DNA of 32,000 nt from Nostoc punctiforme PCC 73102 (GCF_000020025.1 NC_010628.1:1710001-1742000); one strand, 5' to 3'. Counted from the stretch's first letter, positions 16,622 through 26,061 are shown. Notes: generated by a model from the sequence alone, not told the origin. Made by a program: numbers and translations.

Positions 16622-17971
16622 ATGCCCATAGATTTACGGGAATTTTATCAGGCTAGCGATCCCAGCAGAACTCTATTTGTCAACAATAGCTCTGATGGCA
16701 AGTATTACATAGATTTTTCCTCAGTCCGAGGTGGTGATATTCTTGGCAAGCTGAAGCAGAAAATTACCTTTTTTAAGCCCAATGAACCCACCTGCACTTT
16801 ATTTACTGGGCATATTGGTTGTGGTAAATCGACAGAACTATTACGATTACAGGCAGAACTGGAAAAATTAGGCTTCCATGTAGTTTATTTTGAGTCTAGT
16901 GACGACCTGGAAATGACCGATGTCGATATTGCTGATGTGCTGCTGGCGATCGCTCGTCGTGTGAGTCAAAGTTTAGATAAAATTATACTGGAGTCACCAA
17001 ACAAGTTTAATGAGTTGCTGCAAGGTGCTTGGAAGGTCTTAAACTCCGAGGTAACGGGAGTAAAAGTGAAGGTTCCCAATGTCGGCGATTTTGGTGTCAC
17101 CTCGGAAAAAGAAAAGTTGTCTCTGTCTGTGGGCATTGGTGAAATCACCGCCAAGATGAAAAATGACCCAACCCTGCGAGAAAAACTCAATCAGTATTTA
17201 GCACCGCAAAAAACTAAACTGCTGGAAGCGATTAATCAAGAATTATTGGAACCTGCGATCGCTAAACTCAAACAGCAGGGTAAAAATGGTCTGGTGGTAA
17301 TTGTCGATAATCTTGACCGCATAGATAATCGTGCCAAACCTTGGGGTCGTCCGCAGCAGGAATATCTATTTGTCGATCAAGGTGAGTTTTTGACTAAGCT
17401 GAATTGTCATCTCATCTACACCATGCCTTTATCGTTGAAGTTTTCCAATGATTACGGAATGCTGACTCAGCGTTTCCCAGAAGATCCCAAGGTTTTACCA
17501 ATGGTACCTGTACATTGGTCTGATGGCAGTCTTCATGCACAGGGAATGGCGCTCATGCAGCAGATGGTACTAGCAAGAGCTTTTCCTGACATGACACCAG
17601 AGGAGCGTTTAAATAAAGTTACCGAAATTTTTGATAGTGCTGCTAGCCTAGAACGGTTATGTCAAATGAGCGGTGGTCATGTGCGGGACGTGCTGAGGCT
17701 GCTAAATACCTGGATTATGGAAGAGATGAGTCTTCCCCTAACCCGTGACACCTTAGAGCAAGTTATTCGTTCTCGGCAGAATGAGATAATGTTGCCGATT
17801 TCTGAGGATGAGTGGCAATTGTTACGTCATGTCAAAGAAAAGAAAAAGGTGAGTGATGACCACGGATATCAAAAACTGATCCGCAGTCGATTTGTGTTTG
17901 AATATCGCGATTGCGGCGAGTCTTGGTTTGACGTTAATCCGGTTTTGGCTGAGGCGAAGGAGTTGCAATGA
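16622..17971 (+). CDS. P-loop NTPase (Orc1/Cdc6- or minimal-STAND-like ATPase), about 449 aa
   Basis: Walker A is GHIGCGKSTEL and Walker B is LVVIVDNLDRID, followed by a helical C-terminal region. The ATG at 16622 is preferred to the track's TTG at 16607. A ~190-nt gap separates it from the CIS operon. Confidence 0.75.
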   Translation: MPIDLREFYQASDPSRTLFVNNSSDGKYYIDFSSVRGGDILGKLKQKITFFKPNEPTCTLFTGHIGCGKSTELLRLQAELEKLGFHVVYFESSDDLEMTDVDIADVLLAIARRVSQSLDKIILESPNKFNELLQGAWKVLNSEVTGVKVKVPNVGDFGVTSEKEKLSLSVGIGEITAKMKNDPTLREKLNQYLAPQKTKLLEAINQELLEPAIAKLKQQGKNGLVVIVDNLDRIDNRAKPWGRPQQEYLFVDQGEFLTKLNCHLIYTMPLSLKFSNDYGMLTQRFPEDPKVLPMVPVHWSDGSLHAQGMALMQQMVLARAFPDMTPEERLNKVTEIFDSAASLERLCQMSGGHVRDVLRLLNTWIMEEMSLPLTRDTLEQVIRSRQNEIMLPISEDEWQLLRHVKEKKKVSDDHGYQKLIRSRFVFEYRDCGESWFDVNPVLAEAKELQ

Positions 17972-18055
17972 GGAGGCAGGAGGCAGGGCGAATGGAATTC
18001 GCGGCTATACAAACATAGACGCTTTGCGGCTTCCTAAAGAAAAATTAAATGTTTG

Positions 18056-18075
18056 AAACCCACAGAGGTGGGTTT
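18056..18075 (+). terminator. Stem-loop AAACCCAC-AGAG-GTGGGTTT between the ATPase and STAND genes (weak terminator candidate or repeat fragment)
   Basis: It is a perfect 8-bp stem, but the T-tract is mostly inside the stem and GC content is low. Confidence 0.25.
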
Positions 18076-18113
18076 TGCCTGTGTAGACGCGGTTTCTAAC
18101 TCCCTTTTAACTT

Positions 18114-21100
18114 ATGACAGACTCGCAACCACTAGAAGATCGCCATGTAAACAGTGATGTCTACGACGGGCTACACCTACGCTCTCTGAAACAATTAGCT
18201 TGGGCGATTGAATCCTCTGTGGGACAGTTTAAGCTGATTTTGGCACGGTGTAATTATGCTAGCTTGCGCGATCGCTTAATCTCCAGATTGCAGGAAATTT
18301 GTCAAGTCGAAATTCGTGTCTTGGCGGTGCAGCAATCTAACAGAACTCTTTATACTGCGATTCAGGAAGAATTCGGCGAAGAGATACCAGCCTGTGTGAT
18401 GGTTGTGGGTTTGGAATCAGTGCAGAATTTGTCTGTGATGTTAACTTCTGCGAATCAGGTGCGGGAAGAGTTTCGCAAGAATTTTGCTTTTCCTTTAGTG
18501 TTGTGGATTGACGATGAAATCTACAAGCAACTAATACAGCTTGCACCAGATTTGGAAAGTTGGGCAACTATGAGAAATTTTGAGATATCAACACAAGAAT
18601 TAGTAGATTTTGTCACCGAAACGGCTAATCAATGGTTTAGTAATAACTTAAAACTTAGCTATAATGAATATTTAAAACTTAAAACTGAATTAGAAACCGC
18701 GCAAAGATATCTGCTGAGTGATAAGTACGTTGCTAATTTAGAGGTTGAGGCTAATTTAGTATCTTTATTAGGTTTTGTTAGCCAGATTAACGATATAAAT
18801 ATCGCGCTGGAAAATTATCAAAAAGCCCAGTCAATGTGGCAAAAGCTTAATAATATAAAAAGACAAAATAAAATATCTTATAATACTGCTTTTTGTTATA
18901 ATATTAAATGTTTTAGAAATCTAGATATTAATCATTACGATTGGCAAGCTAATCGTAAGTATGCCCAAGAATATATCAAGTTTCTTGTACAATCTCAACG
19001 TCCAGATTTAATCGCTGATTCAATCTTTAAATTTGGTTATGTACTGCGGGACTTAAAAGAGTGGCAATGTTTAAAACAACTAGCTGAAATAGCTTTAGAA
19101 ATACATAAAGCTAACAATCAGCCAGTAGATTTAGCAAAAGATTATGGTTTTTTAGCTGAGGCGGCGCTGGCTCAAGAATATTGGCTTGAGGCAAATCAAT
19201 TAATTGAGAAAGCTTTAGAAATTTTCTTGCCAGTAATTCATAGCTTGAAATCCAAAAATATACCAGGATATTTATCAGAGATAAACGACTTATTCGACTT
19301 CGCCGATTTATTGTTCATACCAAATGATTTTAGTCTCTATATGTTTATAAAAGCGCGTTCTTTATATCATTTAGGACAACCTCACAAAGCAATTACTATA
19401 TTAGAAGCTTCAATACCTATCAGTGTTCCAAATTGTAATTTAAAACTTTATTTGGATATTATCAGATTTTTGCAGCAGCTTTATTTTGAGCAGAAAGAAT
19501 ATCTCAAAGCATACAAAATCAAACAGCAACAGCGTTCCATTGAACAGCAATTTGGCTTGCGGGCTTTTATTGGTGCGGGTAGGTTAGAAGCTACAAAACA
19601 GGCATTTGTAGAGACATTACGCTCAAACTCTCCCCAAGGAAACATTGCCCCAGAAATTGCTGCATCTGGTCGCTTATTGGATATAGAACGTTTAATTGAA
19701 CGCATGGGTCGCCCTGATTATAAGTTGATAGTAATTCATGGGCAATCGGGTGTAGGCAAAAGTTCCCTGGTGAATGCGGGACTAGTGCCGGCTTTAAAGG
19801 ATAAAGCGATCGGTGTTCAAGATTATTTGCCGGTGGTAATGCGGGTTTATACTAACTGGGCGGAAGAATTGGGGAGGCTTTTGGGGAGAGATTTGGTTCG
19901 ACTTCGCTCACCAACCGAGGGATGGGGAGATAAGGGGGATGAGGGAGAGTTAGAAGGTCAACTTCCACCCTCAGAAGGTCAACATTCAGCCTCAGAAGGT
20001 CAACATTCAGCCTCAGAAGGTCAACATTCAGCCTCAGAAGGTCAAGTTTCAGCCTCAGAAGGTCAAGTTTCAGCCTCAGAAGGTCAAGTTTCAGCCTCAG
20101 AAGGTCAACTTCCACCCTCAGAAGGTCAACTTTCATCCTCAGAAGGTCAACTTTCATCCTCAGAAGGTCAACTTTCACCCTCAGAAGGTCAACTTCCACC
20201 CTCAGAAGGTCAACTTTCATCCTCAGAAGGTCAAGTTTCATCCTCAGAAGGTCAACTTCCACCCTCAGAAGGTCAACTTCCACCCTCAGAAGGTCAACTT
20301 TCATCCTTAGAACTCGGAACTACGCAATATTTGATATCCAGACTCAAAGAAAACGAACAGCGCAACCTCCGCACGGTGTTAATTTTCGATCAATTTGAGG
20401 AATTTTTCTTTGTTTACACCGAACCTGCACAAAGGAAGCAATTCTTTGAGTTTTTGGGAGAGTGTCTGAATGTTCTATCGGTGAAAGTTATCTTATCGCT
20501 GCGGGTAGATTACATCCATTACTTGCTGGAGTGCAATGATTTGTCCAGTCTCAAGATTATTGGCAATGACATTCTCAGTAATAATGTGCTTTACAAGTTG
20601 GGGAATTTCTCACCGACAGATACCAAGTCAATTATTCAGCGTTTAACTGAAAATACTAGTTTTTATTTAGAACCTGCCTTAGTTGAACAACTGGTGCTAG
20701 ATTTAGCCGGAGAATTGGGCGAAGTTCGTCCCATTGAGTTGCAAGTTGTGGGGGCGCAACTGCAAACGGAGAACATTACAACTCTGGCAGAATATCGGCA
20801 GCGTGGCACTAAGGACGAATTGGTTAAGCGTTATTTGGATGAAGTTGTTAATGATTGCGGCGTAGAAAATCAGCAAGCAGCAGACATATTACTGTATTTG
20901 CTGACTGATGAAAAAGGAACTCGCCCTTTAAAAACTCGCGCTGAGTTGGAACGCGATTTGCAGGGTTACTTCTCGGAGATCCCCCCAACCCCCCTTAAAA
21001 AGGGGGGCTTTATTCTTTCAACCCCCTTTTTAAGGGGGTCGCCGCAGGCGGGGGGATCGGAAGCTAGGGCGAAACAAGCTTCTGAAATCAATAAATTAGA

Positions 21101-23615
21101 TTTGATTTTAGAGATTTTTGTCCAATCCGGCTTAGTGGTTTTGCTACCAGAAAACCCCGCCGACCGTTATCAACTGGTACATGACTACATCGCTGCCTTT
21201 ATCCGCCAGCAACAGGAACCGAAGTTAAAGCAGGTAATGGCGGAACTGGAAAAGGAACGAAAAGAAAGAAAACTGAGTGAGGCGAAACTGAATAGCTTTC
21301 TCAAACGCGCCCTTTTTAGTACCGTGGCCGCAGGTTTAGGATTTGCTGGGTTAGCAGCAGCAACATTCCAGTGGGCAGTAGAGGCAAATGTTAATCAAAT
21401 TAGCGCCATCAATAATTCTTCGGAAGCCTTTGCTCTCTCTGAAAAATATCCAGATGCTTTAATAGCAGCCTTAAAAGCAGGTAGCAAACTCAAGCATACA
21501 CTTTGGGCACAGCACAGAAGCGATATCTTAATGCAAACTGTGGTAACTTTACAGCAAGCGGTTTACTTAAAGCCAAAGGAGAAGAAAGAAAATCGTGCCA
21601 TAGAAGTGAATACTTTAGAAGGTCATAGCGATTGGGTCAGTAGCGTCGCTTATAGCCCCAATGGATACCAGTTAGCTTCTGCTAGTGCTGATAAGACCAT
21701 CAAAATCTGGGATGTTAGCAGTGGTCAACTCCTCAAAACCCTGACTGGTCATAGCGATAGGATCAGAAGCATCGCCTATAGCCCTAATGGACAACAGTTA
21801 GTTTCTGCTAGTGCTGATAAGACCATCAAAATCTGGGATGTCAGTAGTGGTAAACTCCTCAAAACCCTGACTGGTCATACTAGTGCGGTCAGTAGCGTCG
21901 CCTACAACCCTAATGGACAACAGTTAGCTTCTGCTAGTGATGACAACACCATCAAAATCTGGGATATCAGTAGTGGTAAACTCCTCAAAACCCTGCCTGG
22001 TCATAGCAGTGTAGTCAATAGCGTCGCCTACAACCCTAATGGACAACAGTTAGCTTCTGCTAGTAATGATAAGACCATCAAAATCTGGGATATCAATAGT
22101 GGTAAACTCCTCAAATCCCTGACTGGTCATAGCAGTGAGGTCAATAGCGTCGCCTACAGCCCCAATGGACAACAGTTAGCTTCCGCTAGTTTTGACAACA
22201 CCATCAAAATCTGGGATATCAGTAGTGGTAAACTCCTTAAAACCCTTACTGGTCATAGCAATGTAGTCTTTAGCGTCGCTTACAGCCCCAATGGACAACA
22301 CTTAGCTTCTGCTAGTGCTGATAAGACAATCAAAATCTGGGATGTCAGCAGTGGTAAACCCCTCAAATCTCTGGCTGGTCATAGCAATGTAGTCTTTAGC
22401 GTCGCTTACAGCCCCAATGGACAACAGTTAGCTTCCGCTAGTGATGACAAAACCATCAAAGTCTGGGATATCAGCAATGGTAAACCCCTCGAATCCATGA
22501 CTGATCATAGCGATAGGGTCAATAGCGTCGTCTACAGCCCTAATGGACAACACTTAGCTTCCCCTAGTTATGACAAGACCATCAAAATCTGGAATGTCAG
22601 TAGTGGTAAACTCCTCAAAACCCTAACTGGTCATAGCAGTGAGGTCAATAGCGTCGCCTACAGTCCCAATGGACAACAATTAGCTTCCGCTAGTTGGGAC
22701 AAAACCATCAAAGTCTGGGATGTCAATAGTGGTAAACCCCTCAAGACCCTAATTGGTCATAGCAGTGTGGTCAATAGCGTCGCCTACAGTCCCAATGGAC
22801 AACAGTTAGCTTCCGCTAGTTTTGACAACACCATCAAAGTCTGGGATGTCAGTAGTGGTAAACTCCTCAAAACCCTAACTGGTCATAGCAATGCGGTCAG
22901 TAGCGTTGCCTACAGTCCCAATGGACAACAGTTAGCTTCCGCTAGTCTTGACAACACCATTAAAATCTGGGATGTCAGTAGTGCTAAACTCCTCAAAACT
23001 TTGACTGGTCATAGCGATGCGGTCAGTAGCGTCGCCTACAGTCCCAATGGACAACAGTTAGCTTCCGCTAGTGATGACAACACCATCAAAATCTGGGATG
23101 TCAGCAGTGGTAAACTCCTCAAATCCCTCTCTGGTCATAGCAATGCGGTCTATAGCATCGCCTACAGCCCCAATGGACAACAGTTAGCTTCTGCTAGTGC
23201 TGACAATACCATCAAAATCTGGGATGTTAGCAGTGGTAAACTCCTCAAATCCCTCTCTGGTCATAGCGATTGGGTCATGCGCGTCACCTACAACCCTAAT
23301 GGACAACAGTTAGCTTCTGCTAGTGTTGACAAAACAATAATTTTATGGGATTTGGATTTCGATAATTTATTACACAGTGGTTGCAATTTGCTAAATAATT
23401 ACTTGATTGGTCATCCAGAAGTGTTAGAAGAGTTGCAATCATGCCAAACTCCATCTCGTTTAGCGCAAGGTGCGACAACATTAGTCATCCAAGGTGAAAA
23501 GTTAGCGCGAAATGATGATATTAATGGCGCTGTTGAAAAGTTTGACAAAGCACAGCAGTGGGATAATAAATTAAAGTTTGATTCTCAGGCGAGAGCGAAA
23601 GAGTTGGCGAAGTAA
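18114..23615 (+). CDS. NLR-like STAND NTPase with 14 WD40 repeats (1833 aa)
   Basis: Walker A is [22 protein letters not shown] (nt ~19738-19800) and Walker B is [13 protein letters not shown] (~20370-20405). Further elements are the coiled coil [18 protein letters not shown], the hydrophobic helix [24 protein letters not shown], and 14 GHS...WD repeats. The N-terminal ~540 aa is a P-loop-less module ([12 protein letters not shown] / [10 protein letters not shown]) plus TPR-like helices. Confidence 0.9.
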   Translation: MTDSQPLEDRHVNSDVYDGLHLRSLKQLAWAIESSVGQFKLILARCNYASLRDRLISRLQEICQVEIRVLAVQQSNRTLYTAIQEEFGEEIPACVMVVGLESVQNLSVMLTSANQVREEFRKNFAFPLVLWIDDEIYKQLIQLAPDLESWATMRNFEISTQELVDFVTETANQWFSNNLKLSYNEYLKLKTELETAQRYLLSDKYVANLEVEANLVSLLGFVSQINDINIALENYQKAQSMWQKLNNIKRQNKISYNTAFCYNIKCFRNLDINHYDWQANRKYAQEYIKFLVQSQRPDLIADSIFKFGYVLRDLKEWQCLKQLAEIALEIHKANNQPVDLAKDYGFLAEAALAQEYWLEANQLIEKALEIFLPVIHSLKSKNIPGYLSEINDLFDFADLLFIPNDFSLYMFIKARSLYHLGQPHKAITILEASIPISVPNCNLKLYLDIIRFLQQLYFEQKEYLKAYKIKQQQRSIEQQFGLRAFIGAGRLEATKQAFVETLRSNSPQGNIAPEIAASGRLLDIERLIERMGRPDYKLIVIHGQSGVGKSSLVNAGLVPALKDKAIGVQDYLPVVMRVYTNWAEELGRLLGRDLVRLRSPTEGWGDKGDEGELEGQLPPSEGQHSASEGQHSASEGQHSASEGQVSASEGQVSASEGQVSASEGQLPPSEGQLSSSEGQLSSSEGQLSPSEGQLPPSEGQLSSSEGQVSSSEGQLPPSEGQLPPSEGQLSSLELGTTQYLISRLKENEQRNLRTVLIFDQFEEFFFVYTEPAQRKQFFEFLGECLNVLSVKVILSLRVDYIHYLLECNDLSSLKIIGNDILSNNVLYKLGNFSPTDTKSIIQRLTENTSFYLEPALVEQLVLDLAGELGEVRPIELQVVGAQLQTENITTLAEYRQRGTKDELVKRYLDEVVNDCGVENQQAADILLYLLTDEKGTRPLKTRAELERDLQGYFSEIPPTPLKKGGFILSTPFLRGSPQAGGSEARAKQASEINKLDLILEIFVQSGLVVLLPENPADRYQLVHDYIAAFIRQQQEPKLKQVMAELEKERKERKLSEAKLNSFLKRALFSTVAAGLGFAGLAAATFQWAVEANVNQISAINNSSEAFALSEKYPDALIAALKAGSKLKHTLWAQHRSDILMQTVVTLQQAVYLKPKEKKENRAIEVNTLEGHSDWVSSVAYSPNGYQLASASADKTIKIWDVSSGQLLKTLTGHSDRIRSIAYSPNGQQLVSASADKTIKIWDVSSGKLLKTLTGHTSAVSSVAYNPNGQQLASASDDNTIKIWDISSGKLLKTLPGHSSVVNSVAYNPNGQQLASASNDKTIKIWDINSGKLLKSLTGHSSEVNSVAYSPNGQQLASASFDNTIKIWDISSGKLLKTLTGHSNVVFSVAYSPNGQHLASASADKTIKIWDVSSGKPLKSLAGHSNVVFSVAYSPNGQQLASASDDKTIKVWDISNGKPLESMTDHSDRVNSVVYSPNGQHLASPSYDKTIKIWNVSSGKLLKTLTGHSSEVNSVAYSPNGQQLASASWDKTIKVWDVNSGKPLKTLIGHSSVVNSVAYSPNGQQLASASFDNTIKVWDVSSGKLLKTLTGHSNAVSSVAYSPNGQQLASASLDNTIKIWDVSSAKLLKTLTGHSDAVSSVAYSPNGQQLASASDDNTIKIWDVSSGKLLKSLSGHSNAVYSIAYSPNGQQLASASADNTIKIWDVSSGKLLKSLSGHSDWVMRVTYNPNGQQLASASVDKTIILWDLDFDNLLHSGCNLLNNYLIGHPEVLEELQSCQTPSRLAQGATTLVIQGEKLARNDDINGAVEKFDKAQQWDNKLKFDSQARAKELAK
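19950..20306 (+). repeat. 17 x 21-bp in-frame minisatellite encoding SEGQ(L/H/V)(P/S)(P/A/S) heptapeptides
   Basis: The period is exactly 21 bp from 19950 to 20306. The variant order is LPP, HSA x3, VSA x3, LPP, LSS x2, LSP, LPP, LSS, VSS, LPP x2, LSS. Confidence 0.97.
20978..21058. mobile_element. 81-bp nested-palindrome insert (MITE/small-dispersed-repeat-like) lying in frame within the STAND gene
   Basis: The termini GATCCCCCC (20978-20986) and GGGGGGATC (21050-21058) are inverted repeats. There are two internal perfect hairpins: CCCCCC-TTAAAAA-GGGGGG (20989-21007) and CCCCC-TTTTTAA-GGGGG (21022-21038). It translates as [27 protein letters not shown]. Confidence 0.6.
21621..23357 (+). repeat. 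14 tandem 126-bp WD40 repeat units with very high nucleotide identity
   Basis: Units start every 126 nt from 21621 to 23259 (GGTCATAGC...). The consensus is [42 protein letters not shown]. Confidence 0.95.
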
Positions 23616-23787
23616 GGCAAGGTTGAATCAGGCTCTTTGAGTTGTATGGAGTTTTTTCAAAAATTAAATAAGAGTTCTATGAATCTATCCCACTACGGTA
23701 GGGCATATCGGAAGTTAGAGCTTTTATACAAGACGCTGCACGAAGGCGATCGCGTTATTTTTAACCACCTTATATCTCAATATATCT

Positions 23788-24001
23788 CAATACAGTTCAG
23801 ATAAGACCAAAACACTTGTAGAGACGGCAATTTATCGCATCTCAAAACCCACGATTTTGTACAAGTGGCGCTTAACCCAAGCGTATTGCCTTATATCTCA
23901 ATACGGTTTAATTAAAGGTTATTGGTGTAGATAATTGGTTTTTCAAGACGCGAGAAATCGCGTCTCTACATGAGGGTTTTGGGCTTATCTGAACTGTATT
24001 G
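23788..24001. mobile_element. Foldback MITE-like element (~214 bp) with long terminal inverted repeats
   Basis: CAATACAGTTCAGATAAGACCAAAAC (23788-23813) matches the reverse complement of 23976-24001 at 25 of 26 positions. The similarity continues inward through TGTAGAGACG... arms. There is an internal hairpin, GACGCGA-GAAA-TCGCGTC. Confidence 0.6.
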
Positions 24002-24003
24002 GG

Positions 24004-24080
24004 TTAAAGGGCAATGGGGAAAGGGAAATTTAAACCCTTTCCCTTTCCCTTTTTCCCCAAAACCCGAAAAGTATTGGGAG
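24004..24080. repeat. GGGAAAGGG...CCCTTTCCC hairpin repeat ending in AAGTATTGGG (dispersed family, copy 1)
   Basis: GGGGAAAGGGAAATTTAAACCCTTTCCCTTTCCC followed by CCGAAAAGTATTGGG. Related copies lie at 28925-29030 and 29051-29145. Confidence 0.75.
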
Positions 24081-24669
24081 TGATGGGGTTTCTGTTCGCC
24101 TCCGATCTCTTAAAGAAGGCGCTTATGCCGCCGCGCCCATTACCGAGAATAATTACTCTATAACTTTTTAGCCTGAAGCCCAAGTAGAACCAAGTCAATC
24201 TGCTTCCTCGATCGCTGAAAACTGAATTTTGCGTGTTCGTGGAACATCTCGTAGAGAAGAAGCGAAAGTGGCCCTCACTTCGGGCTAGAATCCTCTGTTT
24301 TGAGTTGTTGCTTGAGTACTGGACGATCCGACTCTGCTGATAGCCATCAATAAATAGAAGAGTGAAATTTCCGCAGTGGTCGATCGCTTGTGTAGACAGG
24401 GGATGGGAAATTAGATGAGTGGAAGGATATACCAAATCTATGACTAATTATAGATTGATTTTAGATTAAAAATGCCCCTAAAGAGAGTAGTTTTGCAAGA
24501 CTGCTTAAACAATACGAGAATGAATTTCACCCTTTTACTAAGCCGATAGTGCAATGGCAAAAGCCTATCAATTAAGTGAATCTATTTATAGATATAATAA
24601 TTGTCCTTAATTTGAGAACTCAATTTTCATGAAAACTTTCAAGTATTACTTGTTAATTTATGTAATCGT

Positions 24670-25488
24670 ATGAAAAAATTAATTAAAGGTTTGCGCGAAT
24701 TCAAAAGTAGTTATTTTTCCGCGAATGAAGAACTGTTTGAACAACTTTCTCATGGTCAAAAGCCCAGAGTATTATTTATTACCTGTTCTGATTCGCGTAT
24801 CGATCCAAACCTGATTACACAAGCCGGGTTAGGCGAATTGTTCGTTATCCGCAATGCAGGCAACATTATTCCACCATTTGGTGCGACTAATGGCGGTGAA
24901 GGAGCAACAATTGAATATGCTATTCAAGCATTAGATATTCAGCAAATTATTGTCTGTGGCCACTCTCATTGTGGTGCTATGAAAGGGTTAATGAAGTTAG
25001 ACAGTTTGCGGGTAGAAATGCCGCTTGTACATGACTGGCTCAAGTATGCAGAGGCAACCCGACGGCTGGTGAAAGACAATTATAGCCACTACGAAGGGGA
25101 AGAACTCTTAGAAATAATTATTGCTGAGAATGTACTCACCCAAATAGAAAATTTGCGGACTTATCCGGTGATCCGCTCTAAGCTCCACCAAGGGCAACTC
25201 AGTATTTATGCTTGGATTTATCAAATCGAGACAGGAGAAATTTTGGCATACGATCCACAAAAACACGCCTATGTCTTGCCCCAAAATCAGCTTCTCTCAT
25301 CGGAGATAGATGAGACATTACTTAGCCCACCTTTAAATAGCAATGTGGAAATACATTTTACTAAAACTCAACAACGACCATTTCAATCGTCCGGCGAACT
25401 CCCTATTCCTACACATGAATGGTTTCCAATGACAGTGCTTTCTCCAGAGCAAATGGAGCGAATTTATCGAGGCTCGGCAACAAAGTAA
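24670..25488 (+). CDS. ccaA: Beta-carbonic anhydrase, carboxysomal CcaA/IcfA type (272 aa)
   Basis: It has the CSDSR and HSHCGA zinc-ligand motifs and LFVIRNAGNIIPP. Length and the C-terminal extension ending ...PEQMERIYRGS are as in cyanobacterial CcaA. Confidence 0.9.
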   Translation: MKKLIKGLREFKSSYFSANEELFEQLSHGQKPRVLFITCSDSRIDPNLITQAGLGELFVIRNAGNIIPPFGATNGGEGATIEYAIQALDIQQIIVCGHSHCGAMKGLMKLDSLRVEMPLVHDWLKYAEATRRLVKDNYSHYEGEELLEIIIAENVLTQIENLRTYPVIRSKLHQGQLSIYAWIYQIETGEILAYDPQKHAYVLPQNQLLSSEIDETLLSPPLNSNVEIHFTKTQQRPFQSSGELPIPTHEWFPMTVLSPEQMERIYRGSATK

Positions 25489-25521
25489 AAATGTATTGTA
25501 TAAATTTTTGAATAGCAGTAT

Positions 25522-26061
25522 TTACAACTTAATGATAAAACTGTCTCGCAGATGAAAGTCAGCCTCTGTGCCTCGATGAGTTAACGCCCAGTAAGTCACT
25601 TTACCATCTCTATCTTTAATAACGGTAGTAATGGCAACTTCAATTGCTTGCTCCACAGAAATGATTTTATCTAAATCAACATTTAAGGCTAGTGCTAAAC
25701 TATCAGCTTGATTTTGAACATTAATTGGGAGATTTTCAAAAGCTGTTTCCTTTTGCATTCCTTGACGATACCCATCAAGGCGATAGACATTCCAGTGTCC
25801 GCTCGGAGAAAGATTGAATTCCCAATACTGTTGAGAATTTTTGATGCCAAGGAAGAACTCGAAGCAGGTTTCTTTCCACAATTCATGCTTGCGTGACGGT
25901 GTGTTTGATGGCAGAGCGATCGCAATTTCTTTTAAATCGCCTTCAAGCAGATAATGGATGGCAAATTGATTACCATTTCGGCTGATATTGCCTGCAATTT
26001 TCAAATTAGGCATGGATTCAGTAGAAGGGAAGGGTTGTAGGGAAAATGTCTGGTTGTTCAT
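25522..26061 (-). CDS. CBM9/DOMON-like domain protein (179 aa)
   Basis: ELWKETCFEFFL....YWEFNLSPSGHWNVY resembles the CBM9/DOMON-like fold signature. There is a 4-nt ATGA overlap with the upstream kinase gene. Confidence 0.55.
   Translation of the reverse strand: MNNQTFSLQPFPSTESMPNLKIAGNISRNGNQFAIHYLLEGDLKEIAIALPSNTPSRKHELWKETCFEFFLGIKNSQQYWEFNLSPSGHWNVYRLDGYRQGMQKETAFENLPINVQNQADSLALALNVDLDKIISVEQAIEVAITTVIKDRDGKVTYWALTHRGTEADFHLRDSFIIKL

Noticed and set aside
16607-17971. Calling the 454-aa ATPase the canonical eCIS AAA+ assembly ATPase (Afp15-like)
   Set aside because: I see only a single generic P-loop domain (Walker A and B). I cannot see AAA+ hallmarks such as a second region of homology, and the protein is separated from the operon by ~190 nt. 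It is kept as a generic or STAND-like NTPase. The true assembly ATPase may lie upstream of the window.
19852-20304. 150-aa minus-strand ORF ([14 protein letters not shown]...)
   Set aside because: It is the antisense reading of the 21-bp minisatellite inside the STAND gene. The periodic peptide is a repeat artefact and there is no independent start context.
19950-23357. CRISPR-like interpretation of the regular 21-bp and 126-bp repeats (and the 54-bp repeats at 14480-14662)
   Set aside because: The units are contiguous with no unique spacers. They are in frame within long ORFs and encode recognisable protein repeats (linker heptads, WD40 blades, fibre repeats).
23646-23795. 49-codon plus-strand ORF (MEFFQKLNKSSMNLSHYGRAYRKLELLYKTLHEGDRVIFNHL...)
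   Set aside because: It is short, has no RBS, and runs into the TATATCTCAA repeats and the MITE terminus. There is no recognisable motif.
24004-24435. 143-aa minus-strand ORF
   Set aside because: Its C-terminal end is a translation of the GGGAAAGGG hairpin repeat (GKKGKGKGLNFPFPIAL). It has no RBS and an odd composition. It was treated as non-coding (see the low-interest finding for 24090-24440).
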